Source: Dehalococcoidales bacterium (GTDB lineage: Bacteria; Chloroflexota; Dehalococcoidia; Dehalococcoidales; UBA2162). Taken from it: a DNA stretch of 64,000 nt. The stretch spans positions 3,998 to 67,997 of the forward strand of contig JAUYHA010000071.1 of assembly GCA_030690265.1 (NCBI GenBank), written 5' to 3'. Below the pieces are notes generated by a model. The model was given only the letters and a program-made list of their open reading frames with translations. It was not told where the DNA came from and searched no databases. Positions within the stretch are counted from its first letter, which is position 1, and the number at the start of each line of letters is the position of its first letter. Of the stretch, positions 39,669 to 49,330 are shown piece by piece. The position numbers were made by a program, and so were the translations under genes.

Positions 39669-40133
39669 CTAATTCCCCCTTACCGAAAGCTGCTCATCCG
39701 CTTCTAAATATACCAGCGCTTCGTTAGGACAGTAGGTAACACAGGCCGGGATTTCTCTTCCCTGGCAGAGGTCACACTTTGTCACCCTCTTTTCCTGCCG
39801 GTTCTGCCTGATGGCACCGAAGGGACAAACTAACAGGCAGGTCCAGCAGCCAATACACTTCTCCTCGTCTAGCTGAACTGACGAGCTTTCCGTGTCACGG
39901 GTGAGAGCACCCGTCAGGCAGGCCTGAACACAGGGAGCATCTTCGCACTGCTGGCAGCGGATGGAAAGAGACAGCGGGTTTTTCTCCTCTACCCGACATC
40001 TTGGTGAAGGAAGGGGTAAATCCTTTTTGAAAGCTCTGAGCGGGTCCTTTGGCGATGCCTGTTGCAGCTGGCAGTACACCTCGCAGAAGTGACAGCCGAT
40101 ACAGACCTGGTCCTTAATATAGATTTTCTTCAT
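39669..40133 (-). CDS. 4Fe-4S dicluster protein
   Basis: Four Cys-cluster motifs (CIGCHFCEVYC, CQQC..PC..CL, CIGCWTCLLVCP, CDLC..C..CP). Confidence 0.92.
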   Translation of the reverse strand: MKKIYIKDQVCIGCHFCEVYCQLQQASPKDPLRAFKKDLPLPSPRCRVEEKNPLSLSIRCQQCEDAPCVQACLTGALTRDTESSSVQLDEEKCIGCWTCLLVCPFGAIRQNRQEKRVTKCDLCQGREIPACVTYCPNEALVYLEADEQLSVRGN

Positions 40134-40159
40134 TTCATTGCCTTATTCAAGCGGCATAT

Positions 40160-40214
40160 GGCAACCGCTTTCCGCTAGATATTTTAGAGTAACATAGCGG
40201 GTAATTTTTGTCAA
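40160..40214 (-). promoter_or_regulatory. Sigma70 promoter with candidate NrpR operator
   Basis: Minus strand TTGACA (40214-40209)-N17-TACTCT (40191-40186), then GGAA-AGCGGT-TGCC (40173-40160). Confidence 0.6.
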
Positions 40215-40328
40215 GACCGTTCGGGCAGAATATTTTAGTCATTATCTTGACATCACTATCAGAAATGGTCTATTTTCCATAATACCGGGAAGTTTAAACA
40301 GAGACCGCCGGAAAAATCAGGAGAAAAT

Positions 40329-41681
40329 ATGGCCCGCTCCAGGGACTGGACAAAGGGTAGTACAGGGCGTAATCTTTTAGTGCTGTCCTGGCCTGTCTGG
40401 GTTCACGAGGTCTTTTTTCAAGGGACCCAGATTCTTGATATGATATGGGTGGGGAGGCTGGGAGTAGCCTCGGTTGCCGGTCTGGGTGTGGCTACCATAG
40501 TTATCAGGGTGGGCAACTCAGCGGTAAGAGGTCTATCTATCGGGGCAAGGGCAATGGTGGCTCGCTTTGTCGGCGCCGGTGATGATGAAGGTGCCATTCA
40601 CGCTGCCCGGCAGGTCTTAATTGTCAGTGCTGCTTTCGGCACGGTAATGGCGGCAATCGCTGTCCCTCTGGCGGGACCCGTGCTGCGCTTCCTGGGTCTG
40701 ATGCCTGAAGTTGTCGCTGAAGGAACGCTCTATCTGCGTATAATGTTTCTTAGCTGGATACCCTACTCACTCTGGATGGTGGCTTACGGTGGGATTCTAC
40801 ATGCCTCTGGGGATACGGTAAACCCGATGAGAATTACCATCTTCATCAGGTCTGTCTGGATGGTGCTTTCACCTTCCTTCATTTTTGGCTGGTGGATATT
40901 CCCCCGTCTGGGTGTTGCCGGAGCAGCTATGGCAACTCTCGTTTCTCAGTGTCTGGCAATAGCTCTGGCGCTCTGGGTTCTGTTCAGTGGAAAGAGCCGG
41001 CTGAAGCTGACTCTGGAAGGCTTGCGCTTTGATACCAATATCATCTGGCGGGCAGTCAAGGTTAGTCTCCCGGCTGCGGTGCAGGACATGCAAAGGTCCT
41101 TTGGTAATCTGGTCTTAACCCGGTTAATGATTCCTTTTGGTACAGTGGCGGTAGCCGCTCACAGCCTGGCGAACCGGGTAGACATGATGATTAGCCCGGT
41201 GAATATAGCCTTGGGCAGGGGTGCCGGGGTGCTGGTGGGGCAAAACCTGGGGGCGGGCTATGCAGAGCGAGCCGAGAGGAGCGGCTGGCTGGGGGCAGCT
41301 TTTAACGAGGTCTTTGTGATTGGCGGTTCAGTGGTAATATTGCTCTGGGCGGAAGGTATTGTCCGTCTTTTCAGCAGCGACCCCGAACTGGTGGGGCTAA
41401 CCGCTGTCTTCCTGAGAATCGCTGCCGCCGGTTACCTGGTAAACGGCTTCGAAATGATATTGCAGCAATCAATAGCAAGCGCCGGTGACACCGTGCCACC
41501 GCTGTTGGTCAGCCTGGTAACGATCTGGCTGGTGCAGTTGCCCCTGGCTTTTCTGCTGCCGCGGGTCACAGCTCTCGGCGTCTACGGAGTCCGCTGGGCT
41601 ATGGTGATTAGCCTGGTTCTGGGAGCAATTGTTTACAGCATATATTTCCGATTGGGCAGATGGAAGCGTAAGAAATTGTAG
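40329..41681 (+). CDS. MATE efflux transporter
   Basis: DMIWVGRLG, SGDTVNP, LGVAGAA.AT, VGQNLGA, GVYG.W. Confidence 0.93.
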   Translation: MARSRDWTKGSTGRNLLVLSWPVWVHEVFFQGTQILDMIWVGRLGVASVAGLGVATIVIRVGNSAVRGLSIGARAMVARFVGAGDDEGAIHAARQVLIVSAAFGTVMAAIAVPLAGPVLRFLGLMPEVVAEGTLYLRIMFLSWIPYSLWMVAYGGILHASGDTVNPMRITIFIRSVWMVLSPSFIFGWWIFPRLGVAGAAMATLVSQCLAIALALWVLFSGKSRLKLTLEGLRFDTNIIWRAVKVSLPAAVQDMQRSFGNLVLTRLMIPFGTVAVAAHSLANRVDMMISPVNIALGRGAGVLVGQNLGAGYAERAERSGWLGAAFNEVFVIGGSVVILLWAEGIVRLFSSDPELVGLTAVFLRIAAAGYLVNGFEMILQQSIASAGDTVPPLLVSLVTIWLVQLPLAFLLPRVTALGVYGVRWAMVISLVLGAIVYSIYFRLGRWKRKKL

Positions 41682-41702
41682 TCTGGCGCCCGATTACCTC
41701 TT

Positions 41703-41786
41703 TGTCATTGCCAGGAGGCATAAGCCTCCGTGGCAATCTTAAAAATCTTAGAGATTGCTTTGTCGCTAACGCTCCTCGCAGTGACA
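41703..41786. repeat. GTCATTGC..GCAGTGAC palindrome
   Basis: Family consensus. Confidence 0.8.
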
Positions 41787-41890
41787 CACAAGTCACCTTT
41801 TTCTGTGATTAGACAATCTCAAATTATTGCTGTTGAGTAGTCGGGCAATCTGAGGTAAACTATTAGGCATATTGGTTAAAGGGGTTATTA

Positions 41891-43123
41891 ATGCGAGTGC
41901 AAAGGTGTAAGGGAACTAAAGACCTGTCTCCTGAAGAGATGAGAAAGTTCCGCTTGATTGAGGGGGTATTTCGGGACTGCAGTCTTAAATGGGGGTATGA
42001 AGAGGTCAGAACGCCCACCCTTGAGTATCTGCACCTGTTCACCTCAACCGGAACGCTTACCCCCGGCAAGCTGGGCAAGATATATTCTTTCCTTGACTGG
42101 GATGGCTGGAGCGGGGAGAGGGTGGTATTGAGACCCGATGGTACCATTCCCATTGCCCGGCTTTATATTGATGCTATGGCGGGCAGGGACTTAGCCAAGC
42201 TCTTTTATGTGACCAATGTCTTTAACTTCGAGGAGACGGGCGAGGAGACCAGGGAAAAATGGCAGTGCGGTGCTGAACTCATCGGGGCTAACTCAACTGC
42301 GGCTGATGTGGAACTGGTGGTGCTGGCTCTGGAGGTTTTGAAAAAACTGGGTCTTGAAGATGTTGAGTTGAAGCTATCCCACGCCGGATTGATAAAGGCC
42401 CTGCTGGGTAAGTTCGGTCTGAGTCATGGAGAGCAAGACAGGCTCTTTGACCGGATTCTGGACGGTGATGAAGCAGTGCTGCCTGAGATAGCGTCGGAAA
42501 GACCGGAACTGGGCAGGGTTTTGACGCCTCTGCTGGAACTGAAAGGGAAGTCATCAGGTTTCCTGAAAAACCTGAAGGCACTGTTCAATCAGAACCTGCC
42601 GGAGCTGGAAGCCTCTCTTAATAATTTTGTAGATGTGGTTGACCTTCTGGGGGAGGTGGGTATCAGCTATCAGATTGACATAACATCAGAGAGAGGTTTT
42701 GAATACTATACCGGGGTGATGTTCCAGGTTAAGGCTGGTGGAGAGCACATAGGTGGCGGGGGCAGGTATGATGCCCTCATTCCGTTGATGGGGGGTAGGG
42801 ATATTCCTGCCTCAGGGTTTGCTCTCTACCTCGACCACCTGATGAACCTGGTAAAGACGGAAGCACTGGTTGAGGCGGAGACTCAAAGAGTCCTGATTAA
42901 GGCAGAGGCCGGCTCTTTAAAGGAAGCCTTTGACCTGGCCGGTCATCTCCATAAAGCCGGCTATTCCGCTGAGGTATACCTCGGCGGTCAGGAGCCAGCC
43001 AGCTTAAAATGGCTGCTCAATGTCCAGAGCAAAAAACCCCTGTTTCTTTTGACTGACAAGGTTAATAACAAAAAGTTAGAAGCGAAAAACGTAGACGAGG
43101 TCTTATCACTACTAAAGGCTTGA
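41891..43123 (+). CDS. hisZ: ATP phosphoribosyltransferase regulatory subunit (HisRS paralog)
   Basis: TPTLE, LRPDGT, Q.GAELIG, YYTG, GGGRYD; directly upstream of short-form hisG. Confidence 0.8.
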   Translation: MRVQRCKGTKDLSPEEMRKFRLIEGVFRDCSLKWGYEEVRTPTLEYLHLFTSTGTLTPGKLGKIYSFLDWDGWSGERVVLRPDGTIPIARLYIDAMAGRDLAKLFYVTNVFNFEETGEETREKWQCGAELIGANSTAADVELVVLALEVLKKLGLEDVELKLSHAGLIKALLGKFGLSHGEQDRLFDRILDGDEAVLPEIASERPELGRVLTPLLELKGKSSGFLKNLKALFNQNLPELEASLNNFVDVVDLLGEVGISYQIDITSERGFEYYTGVMFQVKAGGEHIGGGGRYDALIPLMGGRDIPASGFALYLDHLMNLVKTEALVEAETQRVLIKAEAGSLKEAFDLAGHLHKAGYSAEVYLGGQEPASLKWLLNVQSKKPLFLLTDKVNNKKLEAKNVDEVLSLLKA

Positions 43124-43155
43124 AAGCGAGCTAAGAAAGCAAATCTCTGAGATAC

Positions 43156-43322
43156 GGGGAGTCAAAGAGAGGCGAAACCCCTCTCTTATAAACTTCCTGT
43201 TCTTGATTGTCACCCCTGCGAAAGCAGGGGTCTGCCCGGGGTGGATTCCCGCTTTCGCGGGAATGACAAACGGTACGGGAATGACAAACGATACATGAAG
43301 TAGTGTTTTCAGACAGCCCCTA
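43156..43322. repeat. B hairpin, GTCACCCCTGCGAAAGCAGGGG..TTCCCGCTTTCGCGGGAATGAC palindrome and right W1 TIR
   Basis: TTTTCAGACAGCC resembles the W1 end; CGGGAATGACAAACG is duplicated. Confidence 0.8.
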
Positions 43323-43343
43323 AATGGAATAGGGTTACGATTA

Positions 43344-44765
43344 GTGGATAAACAATTAAAGATAGCTTTGCCTAAAGGCAGACTTTTAGCTGAAACGGCT
43401 GCTTTGCTTGAGAAGGCGGGGTGTGGGCTGGACGGCTATGTGGAAGGGGGGCGCTCTTACCGCCTCAAATCACGGAGGTTTCCCAATCTTCTAGCCAAGA
43501 TGTTTCACGAGCGGGACATTCCCATTCAGGTTGCCGTGGGGAACTACGATTTGGGCATTTGCGGGCTGGACTGGGTGGAGGAGCTTATGGTCAAATACCC
43601 CAGTTCAGCGCTGGTCAAGTTGAGAAATCTGGGATATGGTGAAGGCGCCTTATATGTGGTGGCTAGCAAGTCCGAGGCAGTATCTACCGTGGAGGAAATG
43701 CAGGCAAAGAAGGGTATCATACGCCTGGCTGGTGAGTATCCTAACCTGGCTGAGTCCTTTGCCTTAAAAAATCGGCTGAGGAGGTTTACTATCTTCTCCC
43801 TGTGGGGAGCCGCCGATGTTTACCCGCCGGAAAGTGCTGAGCTTGCCTTGGTTTCCGGGAAGATAGATGAAGAGGTCTTTAATCACGACCTGGTGCCGGT
43901 GAACAATATCCTCGGCTTCAGCGCCTGCCTTATCGCTAATAAGAACAGCTGGGAGAGAAAAGACCTGAGTGAGATATTGAGTTCTCTGGACAGCGAGTTG
44001 CCGGCGGTGAAAAAACGCCTGCCAGCGGTAGGCGTAGTCAGGAGTCAGGAGTTAGCAGTTCAATCATCAGAGAAGGCAGTGGGAGAGGATGTAATCCGCC
44101 TGGCTTTGCCCGATGGGCACCAGCAGCAGCCAGCCGCAAAGCTGCTGGACAGGGCTGGCATCCGGATTGACGATTACCTTTCGGCCGACGGTAACCGCCG
44201 CCCCATCTCCAGTCTTGATGAAGTCGTGATTAAGGTAATCAGACCTCAGGACATGCCCTCGCAGGTGGCTAACGGCAATTTTGACCTGGCTATTACCGGT
44301 AAGGACTGGCTGACGGAACATCTTTACCAGTTCCCGTCAAGCCCGGTAGCCGAGCTTCTCGACCTTAAATTCGGCTGGGTGAGAATAGTGGCAGTGATAA
44401 GTAAGGACTTACCTGTAGATGATATCCAGAGCTTGAAACAGCTTTATGCCAAGCTCCCGGCGCCGGCCAGGGTAGCTTCTGAGTATGCGAACATAGCTGA
44501 CAAGTGTGCCAGAGATAACCATCTCGGCAGGTATAAGGTGATTCCTACCTGGGGAGCCAGCGAAGCCTTTTTACCTGAGGACGCTGACCTGCTGATTGAA
44601 AATACCGAGACAGGGAGAACCATAGCCGAACATAATCTCAAGATTGTTGATACCCTTTTTGAGTCCACCGCCCGTCTCATCGCCAACAAGGAAAGCCTGG
44701 TAAGCCCAAATAAGAGGGAAAGGATTAAATCTATTACGGAAATCCTGCGAGCTGCGGTGGCATAG
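43344..44765 (+). CDS. hisG: ATP phosphoribosyltransferase with two tandem HisG domains
   Basis: ALPKGRL..DIP..V..G..DLGICG.D and ALPDGH..RPQDMP..V..G..DLAITG.D..ETGRTI. Confidence 0.88.
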   Translation: MDKQLKIALPKGRLLAETAALLEKAGCGLDGYVEGGRSYRLKSRRFPNLLAKMFHERDIPIQVAVGNYDLGICGLDWVEELMVKYPSSALVKLRNLGYGEGALYVVASKSEAVSTVEEMQAKKGIIRLAGEYPNLAESFALKNRLRRFTIFSLWGAADVYPPESAELALVSGKIDEEVFNHDLVPVNNILGFSACLIANKNSWERKDLSEILSSLDSELPAVKKRLPAVGVVRSQELAVQSSEKAVGEDVIRLALPDGHQQQPAAKLLDRAGIRIDDYLSADGNRRPISSLDEVVIKVIRPQDMPSQVANGNFDLAITGKDWLTEHLYQFPSSPVAELLDLKFGWVRIVAVISKDLPVDDIQSLKQLYAKLPAPARVASEYANIADKCARDNHLGRYKVIPTWGASEAFLPEDADLLIENTETGRTIAEHNLKIVDTLFESTARLIANKESLVSPNKRERIKSITEILRAAVA

Positions 44766-44776
44766 AGGAGAAACAT

Positions 44777-46051
44777 TTGAAAATCATTGAAGGCTTTGAA
44801 TCGGCTAAATCAGTCCTCTCACGGCAGGCGCCGAAGGAAATGTTCAGTGGTGATGAGCGGGAGCAGGCAGTCAGGCAAATCGTCAACGATGTGCGTGATA
44901 GAGGGGATGTTGCTCTCTTTGACTATACCGAGAAGTTCGATGCTGTCAGACTGGCTGCACTGGAGGTAGATAAGGAGCAGATAAAGGGTGCTTGTCTGAA
45001 GGTAGACTCGGAGCTTTTATCAGCTCTTAAGCTAGCCGCTGAGCGAATCAGTTCTTTCCATCGGGCACAGAAAGATAATGTCTGGGGTGGTGCTAAACCC
45101 GGTTCGGGTCAACTGCTGCGTCCTCTGGAGCGTGTCGGTGTCTATGTTCCCGGGGGTAGAGCCAGCTATCCCTCGACCGTACTGATGACCGCCATTCCGG
45201 CTAAAGTGGCCGGGGTTAAGGAAGTTATCCTGACCACCCCGCCGGGGAAGGATGGCGCGGTGCCTCCGTTGACCTTAGCGGCGGCTGCTCTTGCCCGGGT
45301 CGACCGTGTTTTTTCTGTGGGCGGCGCCCAGGCAGTTGCTGCTCTGGCTTTCGGCACCGAATCTGTTCCCAGGGTAGATAAGATTTGCGGCCCCGGTAAT
45401 ATTTTTGTTGCCCTGGCTAAAAAGCTGGTTTACGGGATAGTGGGTATTGACGGAATTCAGGGACCCAGCGAGGTGTTGATTATCGCCGATGAAACGGCTG
45501 ACCCGGAATACTGTGCCGCCGACCTGCTGGCTCAGGCTGAGCACGACCCTCTGGCTTCAGCTATCCTGCTCACCACTTCACCCAATCTGGCAGACAGGGT
45601 TAATCAGGAGGTGAAAGAGCAGGTTAAGAGCTTGAAGCGTCAGGCCATAGTTGCCGAATCATTAGAAAACGGGGGGTTAATAGGGGTGGTTAACAGTATT
45701 GATGAGGCTATAGAACTGGCTAACCTCTATGCCCCGGAGCACCTCTGTCTTATGGTAGATAAGGCGGCTTCATACCTTGACCGCATCTCTAATGCCGGCT
45801 GCATAGTTCTGGGTGAAAAGGCAACGGTGGTTCTGGGTGATTATATGGTTGGGCCAAGCCATGTTTTACCGACCGCAGGAACGGCCCGTTTTAGCTCACC
45901 GCTTAACGTGAGCGATTTTATCAAACTCACCAGTGTGGTTGATGTAGACAAAGGCAGTTTACAAAAGCTGGGACGAGCCGCACAGACCCTGGCTACCGCT
46001 GAGGGACTTGAAGCTCACGCTCGCGCCATAGAGAAACGGCTGGAGAATTGA
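44777..46051 (+). CDS. hisD: Histidinol dehydrogenase
   Basis: YVPGG, GGAQA, GPGN, GPSE, QAEH, APEHL, GPSHVLPT. Confidence 0.97.
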   Translation: MKIIEGFESAKSVLSRQAPKEMFSGDEREQAVRQIVNDVRDRGDVALFDYTEKFDAVRLAALEVDKEQIKGACLKVDSELLSALKLAAERISSFHRAQKDNVWGGAKPGSGQLLRPLERVGVYVPGGRASYPSTVLMTAIPAKVAGVKEVILTTPPGKDGAVPPLTLAAAALARVDRVFSVGGAQAVAALAFGTESVPRVDKICGPGNIFVALAKKLVYGIVGIDGIQGPSEVLIIADETADPEYCAADLLAQAEHDPLASAILLTTSPNLADRVNQEVKEQVKSLKRQAIVAESLENGGLIGVVNSIDEAIELANLYAPEHLCLMVDKAASYLDRISNAGCIVLGEKATVVLGDYMVGPSHVLPTAGTARFSSPLNVSDFIKLTSVVDVDKGSLQKLGRAAQTLATAEGLEAHARAIEKRLEN

Positions 46052-46069
46052 GGTGATTAGGAGGTTGAA

Positions 46070-46306
46070 ATGAACTGGTTTCGACAACACCGTAATTTGA
46101 GTAAGGTACTTGGGCTTATTATCTTACTCCCTATAGTAGTTATAGCGGGAACAATTGCGCGTGCCACATCTGGGCTAATTGATGTCATAGCTTGGATAAT
46201 TTTTTTTGTTGCTATTGGTGGAATACTTGGGCTACTCAATTCCTTCCCGCTTTTGGGGCGTAAACTTGGTAGAAGGATTAAGAAGCCGAAAGATGAAAGC
46301 TCATAG
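46070..46306 (+). CDS. Orphan small two-TM protein
   Basis: AGGAGG RBS; MNWFRQH followed by two hydrophobic helices. Confidence 0.7.
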   Translation: MNWFRQHRNLSKVLGLIILLPIVVIAGTIARATSGLIDVIAWIIFFVAIGGILGLLNSFPLLGRKLGRRIKKPKDESS

Positions 46307-46344
46307 CTATCCATTCAGAACAAAGATATTAGAGGAAAGCTGAA

Positions 46345-47334
46345 ATGAAGCGTCTAGTACTCGCCCTGCTTGTTAGTTTGCTTTTGCTGACTGCCTGTGG
46401 TGCCCCAGCTTCAGTACCACCAACAGCCACAGGAGGCTCAGCGTCTCAAGTAGATAGCCGAATTACGGAGCTAGAGAAGGAACTGAAGGCGAAGGAAGAG
46501 GCGATTGCTAAACTGCAACAGCAAATGCAGGAGCAACAGCGGAGACTTGATGCCTTGACACCACCGCCACCATCCGCACCCCTAGTACCAGCTACCTTCG
46601 TCCTGACCGAGCTAACCATCACCCCGACGGAGGTTACGGCGGGTGAAGTGGTAACCATATCAATCGAGGTAAGCAATACCGGCGGCATTGAGGGCAGCTA
46701 CACTGTGGTCTTCAAAGTAAAGCTCGACTGGACTACGTGGGAGAATGTAGAGGTAACGCTCATGCCCGGCCAAACCAAGACGGTGACGTTCACCACGAAG
46801 GGAGCGAGCCGTATGGATACATCAGGCGTTTTTAAGGTTGTATCGGGCACATATACGGTTGACGTTAACGGCAAAGTCGGCCAGTTCACTGTGACCGAGC
46901 CACCACCTACGCATGAGGAGCTTGAAGCTAAGCAGGTTATCCAGGACTTAGCTTATGTGAAGATACTTACGTTCGGTTACAGTGATGATGCTGACCCTGA
47001 GAGAGATGGCATTTCTCTTCATATTGCTTTCTATAACTCTAACAGCGAGAGAATTGAATTTTCTGACATACCCGTTATAGTGAACATAGAGATATATAAA
47101 TACCCACTCACGTCAGACGGATTTTACAACCCTAGGGTGAACAAACTCGCTTATGAGCAGAAAGTTACCATAGATTCAGCGTTCGGGCTTTTTGGTGCGG
47201 AGATAAAGATACCCTACGAGGATATGGCAGTCTCTCGTGCATATTTTGAGTTTGGGGACATTAAGGTGATAGTCATAACGCCCAAGCAAGGTGACTTCCG
47301 GGATGAACAAGGTTTAGTACCTTTATATGATTAA
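46345..47334 (+). CDS. Orphan lipoprotein (coiled coil plus CARDB/Ig-like domain)
   Basis: Lipobox LTAC; L.ITP.EV..GE.VTIS..V.NTGG..G.YTV..LMPGQTKTVTF. Confidence 0.8.
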   Translation: MKRLVLALLVSLLLLTACGAPASVPPTATGGSASQVDSRITELEKELKAKEEAIAKLQQQMQEQQRRLDALTPPPPSAPLVPATFVLTELTITPTEVTAGEVVTISIEVSNTGGIEGSYTVVFKVKLDWTTWENVEVTLMPGQTKTVTFTTKGASRMDTSGVFKVVSGTYTVDVNGKVGQFTVTEPPPTHEELEAKQVIQDLAYVKILTFGYSDDADPERDGISLHIAFYNSNSERIEFSDIPVIVNIEIYKYPLTSDGFYNPRVNKLAYEQKVTIDSAFGLFGAEIKIPYEDMAVSRAYFEFGDIKVIVITPKQGDFRDEQGLVPLYD

Positions 47335-47392
47335 AAGTGAGTCTATTGAGACGATTGTCCTTTGAATTAAAGGATTTAAAGGTGAAAAAAGA

Positions 47393-48496
47393 ATGTCTAA
47401 AAAGAAAGGAATAGAAAGACTGATACGTCCGGAACTGGCTAACTTTGGCGGTTATTCAGCCAGGACTGCTCCAGATACATTAGAGGGCAAGGTTGAAGTG
47501 CCGGTAGAGAGCATTATCAAGCTGGATGCTAACGAGAATCCCTATGGCTTTTCGCCAAAGGTGAGCCGAGCATTGGCTACTTACCCAGACCTGAATATCT
47601 ATCCTGACGATGGCCAGACCCGGCTCAGGAGATTGCTGGAGGGGTATAGCGGCGTGGCTGCCAGATATATCGTGGCCGGCAGTGGCAGTAATCAGCTCAT
47701 AGACCTTGTTGCCCGCCTGTTTTTAAGCAAGGGTGACGAGGTGATAAACTGCGTGCCCACCTTCGGCATCTACCGTTTCAGCACCGAGCTGTGCGGCGGC
47801 AGGGTAGTCGAAGTGCCCCGAGATGAGAACTTTGCCGTTGAAGTGGCAGCGGTTAAGGCGGCAATAACCAAAAAGACGAAAATAATTTTCCTGGCTAACC
47901 CCAATAACCCCACCGGAGCGATTACACCCCGGAAAGATATACTTGAGATATTGGACACCGGGCTGCCGGTGCTGGTTGACGAGGCATACTATGAATTCAG
48001 TCGTCAAACAGTGGCGCCACTGGTTGGCAAGTATGAGAACCTGATGCTGTTGCGCACCTTCAGCAAGTGGGCAGGCCTGGCTGGATTAAGGGTTGGCTAC
48101 GGACTTTTCCCTCCTGAAATCGCTGACTACCTGCTGAGAATCAAGATACCCTATAACATAAATGTAGCGGCGCTTGTCGCCGTGGAGGAATCGCTAAAGG
48201 ACATTGATTATCTGATAGCTACGGTGGAGGCTATAATTGCTGAGAGAGAGAGGCTCTTTGCGGAGCTGGCAAAGATTGAGTGGTTAAAACCAATTCCTTC
48301 GGAGGCTAACTTTATTTTATGCTTGGTGCTGAGGGGAGAAGCAAAAGAGCTTCGACAGAAACTGGAGGAGAAGGGGATACTGGTCCGCTACTTTGAAGAA
48401 GAGCCTTTGCAAAATTACATCCGCATCAGCGTGGGCAAGCCAGAGCATACCGATGCCCTGATTAAAGCATTAAGAGAAATAGAGATTACTTTGTAG
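47393..48496 (+). CDS. hisC: Histidinol-phosphate aminotransferase
   Basis: KLDANENP, NPNNPTG, DEAY, RTFSK..GLAGLRVG. Confidence 0.96.
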   Translation: MSKKKGIERLIRPELANFGGYSARTAPDTLEGKVEVPVESIIKLDANENPYGFSPKVSRALATYPDLNIYPDDGQTRLRRLLEGYSGVAARYIVAGSGSNQLIDLVARLFLSKGDEVINCVPTFGIYRFSTELCGGRVVEVPRDENFAVEVAAVKAAITKKTKIIFLANPNNPTGAITPRKDILEILDTGLPVLVDEAYYEFSRQTVAPLVGKYENLMLLRTFSKWAGLAGLRVGYGLFPPEIADYLLRIKIPYNINVAALVAVEESLKDIDYLIATVEAIIAERERLFAELAKIEWLKPIPSEANFILCLVLRGEAKELRQKLEEKGILVRYFEEEPLQNYIRISVGKPEHTDALIKALREIEITL

Positions 48497-48550
48497 CCTC
48501 ACCCCCTGCCCCTTTCCCCTTATGAAGGGAATGGGAGAGTCAAAGAGAGG
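48497..48550. repeat. Left half of split A-B-A' element
   Basis: CCTCACCCCCTGCCCCTTTCCCCTT..AAGGGAA followed by GGAGAGTCAAAGAGAGG (48534-48550). Confidence 0.8.
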
Positions 48551-48558
48551 AGACTAAG

Positions 48559-49062
48559 ATGGCAAAAGTTTTTATCTTGGTCATGTTATCAACGCTGATT
48601 GTGCTGACAGGATGTAATAGTTCAAGCAAGTCAAGCGAACCTGCCCCTCCGCAGTTCGTATTTCAGCAATCAGCCACGCCTCTTGAAATTACAGTGCCAC
48701 CGTCAGTTATGGCTGGGCAATCAGCCAATATTACTATCCATACCTCTCCAGGAGCGTTTGTGTCTGTTGGCATCATATACCCTAACCAACCTCCCGCTAA
48801 AGGTTATGACTGGTATGTTGAGCGGGTAGCAGATGACAAGGGAATATTTACCAGCACTTTTAACACTAGGTATGGGGAGTCACGGGTAAGCGCACCCGGT
48901 TATTACCGGCTCATTGCCAACGCCGAAGCGGTGTTAGTGGATGAAGCGAGGTACGAAAGATATTTAATATTGGGATTGAGTAAAGAAGACATGGTAATGC
49001 GTGGTGCCATTTCACATTCCGGCAATATAACTATAGTAATAACCTCTTTTTTAGTCCGATGA
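48559..49062 (+). CDS. Orphan lipoprotein
   Basis: Lipobox LTGC; beta-rich Ig-like sequence. Confidence 0.75.
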   Translation: MAKVFILVMLSTLIVLTGCNSSSKSSEPAPPQFVFQQSATPLEITVPPSVMAGQSANITIHTSPGAFVSVGIIYPNQPPAKGYDWYVERVADDKGIFTSTFNTRYGESRVSAPGYYRLIANAEAVLVDEARYERYLILGLSKEDMVMRGAISHSGNITIVITSFLVR

Positions 49063-49074
49063 AGGAGGGTAATA

Positions 49075-49323
49075 ATGTCAGAAGAGTTAAGATGGAAAAT
49101 ACTCGATATTCTAGTGAGAAAGCGACGCTATACAAAGAACTATACTTTTGGGGCGGAGGAGATTGCTAAGGAGATTAATATCGGGTTAGATTATGTGCAC
49201 GAAGAGCTTGATAAGATGGAGTATTTGGGTTTAGTTGAGTTATTCAAGTCGTTAGGTCCTACATACGCTGCCGAGGTTACGCCAGCGGGTTTGCTTGCTT
49301 ATGACGAAGCTGGAAAAGATTAA
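49075..49323 (+). CDS. Small winged-helix protein
   Basis: EEIAKEI.I..DYV.EEL.KM..LGLV..VTPAG pattern; AAGGAGG RBS. Confidence 0.7.
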   Translation: MSEELRWKILDILVRKRRYTKNYTFGAEEIAKEINIGLDYVHEELDKMEYLGLVELFKSLGPTYAAEVTPAGLLAYDEAGKD

Positions 49324-49330
49324 ACTAAAA

